64,000 bases of DNA. Origin: Euglena gracilis. Its lineage: Eukaryota. Position 1 is the stretch's first letter; each line of letters starts with the position of its first letter. The position numbers and the translations under genes are program-made. Positions 11,230 to 21,375 of the stretch are shown in pieces. Where the stretch lies: positions 26,958,123 through 27,022,122 of the forward strand of contig CP154954.1 in NCBI GenBank assembly GCA_039621445.1. The letters are read 5' to 3'. The notes beneath the pieces were generated by a model. That model was not told the DNA's origin, made no database searches, and was given only the letters and a program-made list of their open reading frames with translations.

Positions 11230-11295
11230 GGATGCTGCGCCAGGACGACGTCTTCGAACACGAGTCCCTCAGCTGTCCGCCGGCGGGGGTCGCCC
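11230..11295 (+). CDS. RRM protein exon (GMLRQDDVFEHESLSCPPAGVA)
   Basis: CCCTCCCAG acceptor. Phase 1 entry matches 9809. The 3' boundary is inferred from intron pairing. Confidence 0.65.
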
Positions 11296-12868
11296 GTGCA
11301 GCGTTCCTTTTTTCCGGCGCGAGGCATTTTTGGCGCGAGCCGATGCCTCGAAGTCGAGTACGTGTCAACAGGATGCGGCTGGCCATAAGATGGCATTGGA
11401 GGGTGATGCCCCGAGCATTTTTCGCCCCTCGGCAATATCTTTCTAGGAGGGTTTTCGCACATTTTTGGGGATTTTAGGGATTGCATTTTTTTTGAGTTCA
11501 AACATATACAATGTTGCGCCGTATTTTCTGTCCTATTCTGAACAGTCCCCACAGCTTTCCAGCTCCCTGTGTTTTTAGAAGAGTTTCACTGCCCGCAACT
11601 TTGGGGATTTGTGTTTGCAGGGGTTTGGTGCTCCTCCCCCAGCTTTTGTGGATTTTGCACATTTTCTCACTTTTCGCACGTTTCCTTTCAAGCATTCATC
11701 ACCTTCCAACCCCTCTCCTGATTCTAGGTTACGAGTCAGAGTCAGAGTGGATACTATGGGTTTTTTTTTTAACAGTGGGCCCTGGGTGGGTTGCCCCCCC
11801 CCCCCCTCAGGGGTATCTGGGGGTTGGCCAAGTGGGTGACCTGGGATCAGGGCAGAACGGGAAACGACCTTGCGGCCAGGGTGGTGGGTGGGGGGGGACC
11901 CCCCCACCCCCTGCATGGTGTGATGGGGGGGGGGTCGAGGTCCCCCCTAAACCCCCCCAAAACCCCATTTTTTCACACCTTCCAAAACATCAACATTTTC
12001 TCGAAATTTTTATTTTGAGCGGTTTTTGATGCAAAAAAAAAGCCATTGAAAATCAAAAAAAAATTCCAAGAGAAAAAATATCAGTAAAATTGGATTGTGC
12101 CAAATTTTTGTCCATTTTTTTGAGCTTTGTTTTTTTTTTACCCCCCTCCTAAAAAGTACCAATTTTTAACCTGAAAATTTTGAGATTTTTTGGTGAAAAA
12201 GATGTGGTTTACCATCAAAAAATCATGTATTTTGGGTCCGTTTTTCAAAAAAATTTTCAAAAATTTACCCCGGCCAACATCCCCGTTGGTCGAAATTGGT
12301 GAAAATGCTGTGGTGGGTGGGTGGGGGTCGACCCCCCCCACCAGGCCTTCCCGTTCTGCCCTGTCTGGGATGGGGGTTTACCCTATGCCATGTTATGCTA
12401 TGCTATGGTGTGCTGTGCTATGCTGTGCTATGCCACAGCATGCTATGCTGTGCTGTGCTATGCCATGCAATGCCATGCCATGCTATGCTAGCTATGCTAT
12501 GCTATGCTATGCTATGCTATGCTATGCTATGCTATGCTATGCTATGCTATGCTATGCTATGCTATACCATGCAGTGCCATGCTGTGTTATGCTATGCCAT
12601 GCAATGCCATACTATGCTGTGCTATGCTATGCCATGCAATGCCATGCTATGCTGTACTATGCTATGCTATGCTGTGCTGTGCTATGCCATGCTATGCTGT
12701 ACTATGCTATGCTGTGCTGTGCTATGCTATGCTATGCCATGCTATGCCATGCCATGCTATGCTAGGTATGCTATGCTATGCCACTGAGCCCCCCCCCCCC
12801 ACAGGTGGGTCAGGTGGGTGGGTGAGCAGGTGCCAGCCCCCTCCGCATCCTATGAAACGTCTGGTGGA
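11296..12868 (+). other. Candidate intermediate intron (GT 5' end, non-AG 3' end, CAG/CTG pairing)
   Basis: GTGCAGCGTT...GAAACGTCTGGTGGA|. The +4..6 / -8..-6 rule predicts 12869 as the exon start, which is the frame required. Confidence 0.55.
12384..12783. repeat. Degenerate (ATGCT)n pentanucleotide microsatellite
   Basis: Direct reading. Confidence 0.97.
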
Positions 12869-13025
12869 TATGGGGCCACACCTCGTCCCTGACGTGGCCG
12901 TCCTGCCAACCCTCTTCCCCCTCGGCCCCTTCGGGAAAGGAAGCCTGCCCCCAAGACGAGGGCCTGACCGTGGAGCACTTCGCCAGCGCGCTGGACCTGT
13001 CCCTGGAGGGCCCAGGGGGCAACAG
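12869..13025 (+). CDS. RRM protein exon (LWGHTSSLTW...EACPQDEGLTVEHFASALDLSLEGPGGN)
   Basis: GC3-rich codons and a CAG|GTGTGT donor. The 5' boundary is tentative. Confidence 0.6.
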
Positions 13026-13325
13026 GTGTGTGGGTGGCTGGCACCGCACACTCGCAAAAGTCCAAGGGCTGATGAGCAGTGAGGGTCCCACAGGATTATG
13101 CTACAAGATTATGCGGGTGGGTGCTTGTTAGTCACATTTGAAATTTTGCTGTGCTTGCACATTTCTGCAACATTCATAAAACATTTCCAGTTAAGACGGT
13201 AATATTCATGAAAGGAGTAAACAAATGCGTTCTTTTTTTTGATGTTGGCCAAAATGCATTTTCTTTGCACATGAATTTGCAGCTGGTTGCTGGTTTTCGG
13301 CTTGTGCCACCCCTCCCCTCCTCAG

Positions 13326-13368
13326 GGTTTGGAAGAACAAGCGGAAGCAACGGCGAGCCATTGCCTGA
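13326..13368 (+). CDS. Probable terminal exon of the RRM gene (RVWKNKRKQRRAIA*); basic, NLS-like tail
   Basis: Polypyrimidine tract plus CAG acceptor. Phase 2 entry matches 13025. TGA at 13366-13368. Confidence 0.62.
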
Positions 13369-13977
13369 GCAGATTGAGCGCCTGCCCTTCTGTTGCTTTA
13401 TTTCCGGTTGATGCGGTGCAGCGGACGCTTCCGGGGGACGTCCTATTTTATCGCGCGCGCGCGCGTGTGTGTGTGCGTGCGTCCGTGCATGCGTGCGTGC
13501 ATCCATGCGTGCGTGCATGCGTGCGTGCGTGGGTGTGTGCGTGTGTGTACTTGTGCGAAGCCTCACTTTTTCAGACAACTAAAAGTAATGCAACCAACCA
13601 AGGAGAAACAATTCCCCGTTCAAAAAGTACTGAAATAATTGGATGCTGATCACTGATTTTGAATTTAAGGAATGAGATACAAAGGGAGGATTGTAAAGAA
13701 GAGCAACAAATGGGATCTGTCAAGGGTCAAAATACATACAATGGGACAGTGACAATAGCGCATGACGTTCAGGACAATGCGAGGACATTGCCATCACACA
13801 AAAAATGAGGGTCAGCACGACAGCGAAAGTGGCCATTTGCAAATGGGTTCTTCTGCACACCGTGTCTGTGGGTGATCCCATTTCAGTCCTTCTTTTGTCT
13901 GCATTGGAGCCCCAGGCACTGGCTTGTGTCCTCATTCCATTGCGCAATGCGTGCAATGTTTGGCTTTTTTGAAAACC

Positions 13978-14278
13978 CGGCTGTTCCCACCCGTATGCGT
14001 TTCATTTTGGCTTTTTGGCTTTTTTGCCACTTTTCTGACATTTGGCTGGCAAAACGGCTTTTTCGCCGTTTTGCCAATGGCGAAACGGCTTTTTCGCCGT
14101 TTCTCTGATGGCAAAACGGCTTTTTTGCCGTTTTGCCAAAGGCGAAACGGCTATTTTGCCGTTTTGCCAAAGGCGAAACGGCTTTTTTGCCGTTTTGCCA
14201 AAGGCAAAACGGCTTTTTAGCCATTTTTCCGAAAAGCCGTTTTGAAACAAATCGGCTTCTGATGGGTGGGAACAGCTG
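13978..14278. mobile_element. hAT-like MITE with an internal ~31-bp palindromic tandem array (GGCRAAACGGCTTTTTYGCCGTTTTGCCA)
   Basis: TIRs CGGCTGTTCCCACCC / GGGTGGGAACAGCTG. Flanks TGAAAACC / TGCAACCC match at 6/8 (degenerate TSD). Confidence 0.75.
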
Positions 14279-15279
14279 TGCAACCCATCCTTTTGACTCT
14301 TTTGTTCTTTTGGCCACCCTCTGATGGTTTGGCCTCTGATGGTGTTGAGACCCAGGGAATTTTGAATTATTTTTTTTAAAAAAGTTTCAAAACCACGGGC
14401 TTCAACGCTCGGAGACATAAATTTCCCAAAAAATTAAGGCCATATTGTAACACCGGAGGGGCTCTTATAAGCCCAGCGGCATCCGTGACCCATTGTGCAC
14501 AAGCTCAACGGTCATGCATTGCGCGCAATGGGTGACCATTGTGCATGTGTGCAGTGGCCATTCAGATTGCAAATGTACATGAACGCGTGGATATTGTGGG
14601 AGGACGTGGGGGACAATGATGAAGTCGGGTTTGAGCACCAGGTGTCCAGAAATTAGTGATTCTGAATCTATTGGGAGGGAGGGGCCGTTCCAATAAGATG
14701 AAGTCTGGGCGGGAGGCTGTGAACCCATGGTGACGTTTGGGAAAACGACAGGATGCCCTGCTTTGGGAACCATGCCCTCCATCTGCCGGTGTGATGGGGC
14801 TTGTCCAGTGGGTTGTAAAACACCAAAAAGGGGTGTCAGTATGTCTCCGTTTCTGCATTGCGATCCATTTTTTGACTCCTCGATTTTGACTTCTCTTACA
14901 TTCGATTTTTTTCATGCTTCAAATCCTGGGTGAGAAAACAAGGGCAATGATCTTTTTGAAATCACGTTTTTGGGGGTGCCCAAATTTTTACTCAGCTCCA
15001 ATTTTGATGGTTTATCTGTTACCTTTTTGAACAGAAATTTCCTGAGTTTCAAGAAATGTCTGAAAAGATGGGACTCTCAGTCATGCTGCACTGCAAAAAC
15101 AAGTGGTGGAAACCTGTGACGCTGAAATTAGGTTCACAACCCATAGGACAAGATACTTCTGGACATAGAGTTGGTGGTCCTGGGGCGGCTTCCTGTTCCA
15201 GGCAAGGCTGCCCTCCACCTTGGCTCTGTCTGCTCTGGTGTTGGTGTTGAGATCAGGGGTTTTCTTACGCCAGAACGGA

Positions 15280-15606
15280 CCCTACCCCTGTGGGGGGTCC
15301 AGCCAGCCAGCACCTTTTTTTTTCCAGCAGCTCCTAGCCAGGCCGAAACCCCCCAAGAAGGGGGTCAAAAATGGCCTCAAATGGCATTTTTGTCAAAAAT
15401 GGCAAATGGTGGTTTTTGGGTCTTCACCTCCTCGTTTTGGCTGAAAATGCCAACCCAGCTGGATTTGGGCTTCTTTGGACATTTTTGGGGGACCTGCCAG
15501 GTTTAGCTCCCAGCCGGCCGGACCCCCTCCCCTTGGACCCCAGCCAGCACCCTTTTCCAGCCAGCACCTTTTCGAGCCGGCCCGCAGGACCCCCCCCCCG
15601 GGGTCC
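15280..15606. repeat. CCAGCCAGC/GCTGGAC repeat family; relatives at ~21470-21960, 27660-27905 and 31490-31775
   Basis: Shared CCAGCCAGC, GCTGGATTTGGGCTT and GGACCCC motifs. Confidence 0.6.
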
Positions 15607-17723
15607 TAAGAAGACCCAGGGTCAGAGGTCCACCTCCCCACGTCTGGAGAAAGACCAAGAAGAGAAGGAACAAGATGAGGCCCTTTTGCAACGAGAGGAG
15701 CGTAGTGTTTGTTATGGGGACCTGTAAAGGATGCTCACAGCCTTCTGCAAAACTGGGTCAGAACATATTCACAGGGGACCACGAGAAGAAGCCAGAGAAC
15801 AGCAATAGAGTAAAATAATGAAACATTACAACACAACAGTTTCAGATGACCCGTACAGTTGCAGTGTTTTGGGGTGTTCAAAAACAATGAATGTTGGCTG
15901 TCAATGCGGGTGTTGAAGGATATAAAAAAGCATGTGGTTGCTCATTTGCCTTTGGTTTATTGTTGCCAACCTGCAAAAGACGTTTGCCATCGTCGACGAT
16001 TATTGTCACCGGTGGCTCAAAAGGAGTGGGTAACACAGGGCTTCCGAAAAATCATGGCCACAAAATTGCCTCCGGCACCGCTTCAGGCCCCCGCCACACC
16101 GCCACAGTAATACGATGTGCCATTCAGGCACCACGACCCCCTCTCTACTATATCCCCCGCCGCCACTGCTGAGGGTGTCCCTCCCTCTCTTTGCTTTTTT
16201 TTTTGGTAAACCCTCCCACCAAAAAATACCCCCCCCCAAATAATACCCCCCCCCTCAGGGTCCGACTTCGGGGACAGACTTAATACCCCCCCCCCCAATT
16301 TCGGGCCGACGACCCGGATTTTGACCTGAAAATGTGGGTAAAAAATCACAATCTCTGACAACAAATTACGAAAAAAAATCGATTTTTCTGGATCATCTAG
16401 CCTCCAAAGATGCTAAATTTAATGAGAAAGTACAAAAAATGACCCCAAAGGGAGATTTTAGGAGCTATTTTGGGGTTCCATGGGACTTCGAAAAATTTCG
16501 AAATTTTTGGGGTGTTATCACCCCCCCCCCCCCCCCCAAATAATACTCCCCCTGCCGGGACAGGCAAAAAAATAATACCCCAGGGGATCATTTGGGGAGG
16601 TTTAGCTTTTCTGCTACACCGCGCCTCGCCAGCAGTGGTTCGGTCCACTGCCCACCCAAACCACCCGGGCCCCATATGCCACAGGGATGTTGGCTGGGAC
16701 TGCCTTGCCCCCACTGGGCCGGCCTGGGAAGTGAGAGCCAGTGGTGTCCCCCCCCCCTTTGTCCCGAGCCCTGCGTCTCAGTCTGCATGGCCACCGCAAA
16801 TGGCAGGGGGCATGGCACATGAGGATGAAGCCCATGCCTCGAAGTCGAGCATGTGTCAATGGATGCGGCTGGCCACAAGAAGGCATTCAGGCCGCAGTCG
16901 GTCTGGCCAGCGGCAACGGGAATTGAGAAAAGTGCTCCTGGTGTTTGGCTTGCGAATGCCGGCATCACGAATCCGCTTAACAAGCGGAAGAATTTTGAGA
17001 TATCCCTCATTGGTATTCTCATGTCACATCTTACTTCATTTTTCCAGTCTTTCTGTCAACGCTGTCAGGCCAAAGGAATATCACGCGAGAAGGAATCAAC
17101 ACAGAAAATTTGCATTGGCCCGTTGGGTTAACCCCCCAAATAGCCTGGTGGGGTGCCAGGTTTATTGGAACCAACTTTTGGCCCTGTCCCCTGCCAGTTT
17201 ATTTGAGCCATTTTCTCAGCGTCGTTAAGGAATTTTGACGTAAAAGGGGGTGCCAAGTTACTGGAACCTTCTTTTTTGCCCCTCCCCCCCCTCCGCCTTG
17301 CCAGGAGCAACGGTCCCGCCAGGTTGTTGGGGGGGGGGGGCGGGTTTAGCACGTTTGAAGGCAGGCGTTCCAGGGTACTCCAATATTCCCAGCCGTGTGC
17401 ACCAAACCCTCCCGGCTTGCTGCCGCGCATGCCTGACGGACCCAAACCTCCCAGTATTTTTTTTGCCACTCCTGAGTTTTGGGAAAGGCGTCATTCATTC
17501 ATCCTGTGGCGTTTTTCCGGGCCCCGGGCCCTGGGCCAGCTGCACACGCTCCCCAGTCCCGTCCCCCAGTTTGCCGCCGCCACTGCTGGGGTACCGCGGG
17601 TCGGCCCAGTCCTCCCCTGCTTCTGTGAATAGTTGACGTGTTCTGTTGCCCGCCGCAGGGAACCCCTGGCATCAGTGGGGACGGGAGTCTGGAAGCCCGA
17701 AAGCCCGGGCGTCAGGTCCAGCC

Positions 17724-18103
17724 CAGGGTTTGATATGAGGAGGGCGTACATGGTTTAGGTGGGGGGGTGTCCCCCCCCCCTCCTGGCCCGCAGGAGGGGG
17801 TCCGGACCCCCCCCACTTGCCAGGGGGGTCCGGACAGACCCTGGGGGGGGGACCCAGGACCCCCCGCAAAAAGGGTCGATTTTTTCCTCCGGCGCTTTGT
17901 GCCGAAATTTTTTTTGCATTTTTGGCAAATTTTTGCCGAAAAAGTGCCCAAAATGGCACTTTTGGTCGTTTTGGGGGTCAAAATTTTTCGGTCACCCGGA
18001 CCACGCCACTGTTTAGGTGGGGGGGTGTCCCTCCCGCCCCCCCCCCCCTCCTGGCCTGCAGGGGGGGTCCGGACACCCCCACCTGTCCTTATATCAAACC
18101 CTG
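17724..18103. mobile_element. hAT-type MITE with a perfect 8-bp TSD
   Basis: TIRs CAGGGTTTGATAT / ATATCAAACCCTG. TSD GTCCAGCC at 17716-17723 and 18104-18111. Confidence 0.92.
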
Positions 18104-19103
18104 GTCCAGCCCGAAAACCGCATAAAGTGATTGTGGCTGTGTGGTTTTTGTGCAATTTTTCTTTGCAGTGCTTTTCGGAAAAAAACAACAAAACCCATTA
18201 AATTCTGGATTGTGCATTTTTTTTCATTTTTTATTTACAGTATTTTATCTGTCATTCAGATTTTTTTGGGGGGAAAAGGCGGAATGGTAATTTTTCTGCA
18301 AGTTCCCTGCAGCAAGTTTTTGTTCACGCTGCAGGGCGATTCATCCTCTTTGCAGATTCTTTGCGATTTTTTACGGTGTTTTTTTTTAAATCTTTCGGGG
18401 CTTTTTTTTCCCTGCCCGTGTGCCCACTTTGAAACCCTGCAGGGGGCGTATTGCACTGGCAAGGGATATCCCGGTTGCCCTGCGGATCCTCTGCCGCCTG
18501 GGCCGCCGCACAGCGCGGCGTGGCCAGTCCCCTCAACACGAGCCGCGCCCTGGCCGGCCCCCGAGAACCCAATCCAAAACAGCCAAACTAATCGTCGGCG
18601 CGCTGGAGGTGGCCGCAGGGAAGGCTGCCGGCTACGCCCAACCCCCGCCTCCCTCCCTGGGTCTTCCAAGTCGTGCCGGTCTCCTCAACTGGGTCTGTGG
18701 GTGGGTGGCTGTGCGTGTGCGTATTACCAAACCAAAATGTTATGTTCTTCCCCCCCTCGGCAGGCATGTTCCCCCGAGCCCCCCCCCCCTGGACCCTTCC
18801 AAGTTCCCCAATCGTTCGACTCTTGCCCTGATTGTCTATCTTCCCCCTCCAACCTTTTGGGCTGCTTATTTTTTTATATGGCTTGCTGATATCTGCAGTG
18901 TGCATTTGTGTCCCCCCCCCCCGATATTCAACCCTATGGATTTTCATTTAAAATTGACTCAGGCCAGGTGCCAGGAGTACACCACAATTATAATTTATGG
19001 CTATATTTTGCAGGAGGCGTGAGTTCCACCCCATTCTCCACAAAGAGCAGATACGCATTCTCTTTGATGTTGTTTTGGAAAGATTCTTGAAAGATTCTAA
19101 TGC

Positions 19104-19284
19104 GTATACACACATACATACGTACATATACATACATACATACATACATACATACATACATACATACATACATACATACATACATACATACATACATACA
19201 TACATACATACATACATACATACATACATACATACATACATACATACATACATACATACATACATACATACATACATACATACA

Positions 19285-19315
<31 letters not shown>
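19104..19315. repeat. (TACA)n microsatellite
   Basis: Direct reading. Confidence 0.98.
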
Positions 19316-19902
19316 GGCAGCTATTGTTTATATGCCCCTCGTGGTGGGGGTCATATTACCAGTCTTTTTGGCTTATTATTACCAAGATTATTTGGGTTAT
19401 TATTGCCAAAATTTTTGGGCTTAACTTATAGATTGGAGTTAGGTATACAAGTTAGGCCTAAAGTTAGGCCGAACTCCTAACCCTAACCCTAACCCTATTC
19501 CCAGTAACACAGAAAAAATTTGATCCCCCCCCCTGGATTGGTTATACGACCCCCCCCTCCCGGGGTGGGGCGTGTAACCAATGTCTGCCTTATTTATTTG
19601 TGGGGGGCCACATAGTTGGGACCAGCATGATTTTATTTGGCCCCCTACCCGAGGGGGGGGGAAACTAAAATCTCCTGGCGGGTCAATTTTTTTTGCGTTA
19701 TTGATGGAGTAGGGTTACAGTTAGTCGTTCGGCCTAATTTTAGGCCTAACTCGTGCACCTGGCACTGATCTATAAGTTAGGCCTAAGGTCAGGCCTAAAT
19801 TGTAACCCTAACCCTACCCCATCTATGACGCAAAAAATTGACCCCCCCCAGGAGATTGTATTTGCCCCCCCCGGGGGGGAGGCCAAATAAAATCTTGCTG
19901 CC
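19316..19902. mobile_element. Foldback-like non-autonomous element containing CCCTAA units
   Basis: GGCAGC / GCTGCC ends flanked by ATAT. Internal inverted repeat 19623-19725 vs 19795-19900. About three CCCTAA units at 19477-19496. Confidence 0.6.
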
Positions 19903-20775
19903 ATATATATTCTCTATTTTCCTTTTTTTGAGATTTTCCCCAAAGAAAGATGCTCTATCTCCCAGAGAGGCATGGGTACGAACAATAGTGTGAACAATTG
20001 TTTGCACCCCAGGCGGTTTTCCGATTGGGGCATTTCCCCTCCTCGAGTTTGGCTCCTCTAATGCTGGCTTCCACCGCTTATTTGTGGCCTTGGGGATCTT
20101 TGTTTTTGGGTTGTTTACGTTATTGTGCTTGGTCCCTTTAACCTGTAACCTTTAACCTGCCTGGGGGAGGGTGTGTTGCCACGCGCGCACGCGCGCGCAC
20201 ACACACACACACACTTGGGGGCTGGGGCGGTTTACTGTGCTCACTTTCTTCCCAAGGCCGAGGGAGTGCCGCAGCCATTTCACTGCGCCTGTGCAGCCGC
20301 CCAGCCCACCCATACCTCACATCATACTCCATACCCTGCCCCGGGGCTTTCTTGGCTCCAAGCGTACTAAACCCCCCAAGTCCAACTGCACAAATGATGA
20401 CTGAAACAAAGTTGGGCCCAGCAGGGCAACACGGCCCGAAAATGAAGGCGATGTGCCGGATCTTTGGCTGCAAGTGCTGGCACCCCCCCCTGTGTTTTTT
20501 GGTTCTCGGCCGCAGCCAGGGTATTAAGTGAGCATTGGTCTTGTAAGGGAGGGGGGGTCCGGACCACCCCTCCCCCCTCTAGGCTTGGAGGGGGGGGGTC
20601 TGCGGCAGGGGATTTTTTCAAGCCGCACCCCATCCCCTGGGGGTCCAGCTAGGCAGCACCTTTTTTCGATGGTTCAGGGGCTCCCTGAACCAAAAAAAAT
20701 CTTCCCGGTGCTTTGCGCTGGAAAACTTATGTTTTTGTCATCTGTTTTTGTTGATTTGGTGCCGTAAACCACAAA

Positions 20776-21375
20776 CATACTTGCAGTTAGTGCGACCGGA
20801 AAAATTGTTTCCGTGCGCCGCGACCACCGCGGAAAATTTTTTTGTAACCGGCAGCGCCGCGGCAAAAAATTTTCTGTGCGCTGCGAATGCCGCGGCACTG
20901 GTTTATGTGTGCGCCGCGACCGCCGCGGAAACTTTTGAAGTTTGTGCCGCGACCACTGTGGCAATTGTCTTTTAAATTGTGTCCCACATATACTTCCTTT
21001 CGACCCCATCCCTCGCCTGGCCTTTTTGATACTTTCTCGACCATGGCCGAGAAAGGTATTTGGCGGCAGGGTCACTTTTGTGCAAGTGTTCTTGTTTGTT
21101 TTCACAGATCAGCGTTCACCATCTTCAATCTAATTTTCCACCAAAAATGTTGGGTCTTGTGTTGCTGCCAATACGTTCTTGAGCTCCGGGCAGAAAATTT
21201 TTTGTGCCGCAACCACCGCGGAAAAAAATTCCCCTTGCGCCGCGACCACCGCGGCAATAAATTTTGCTTGTGCCGCGACAGCCGCGGCAAAAATCTTTCT
21301 GTGCGCCGCGACCACCGCAGAAAATTTTTTTTTGCGCCGCGGCATGAGCGCCGCGGCGCACTAACTACAAGTATG
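20776..21375. mobile_element. hAT-type MITE with a perfect 8-bp TSD and GTGCGCCGCGACCACCGCGG subterminal repeats
   Basis: TIRs CATACTTGCAGTTAGTGCG / CGCACTAACTACAAGTATG (one mismatch). TSD ACCACAAA at 20768-20775 and 21376-21383. Confidence 0.92.

Noticed and set aside
14040-14225. CRISPR-like array of palindromic ~31-bp repeats
   Set aside because: The units are contiguous with no unique spacers, lie between MITE TIRs, and have no cas genes nearby in a eukaryotic context.
14465-14782. KPDFII as a restriction-like endonuclease motif of a non-LTR element
   Set aside because: A single short motif without supporting CCHC or RT sequence.
19477-19496. Telomere or chromosome end
   Set aside because: Only about three CCCTAA units, internal to a repeat element.
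20810-21350. Regularly spaced GTGCGCCGCGACCACCGCGG repeats as a CRISPR array
   Set aside because: These are subterminal repeats of a hAT MITE with a clear TSD, and the intervening sequences are short and similar to each other.
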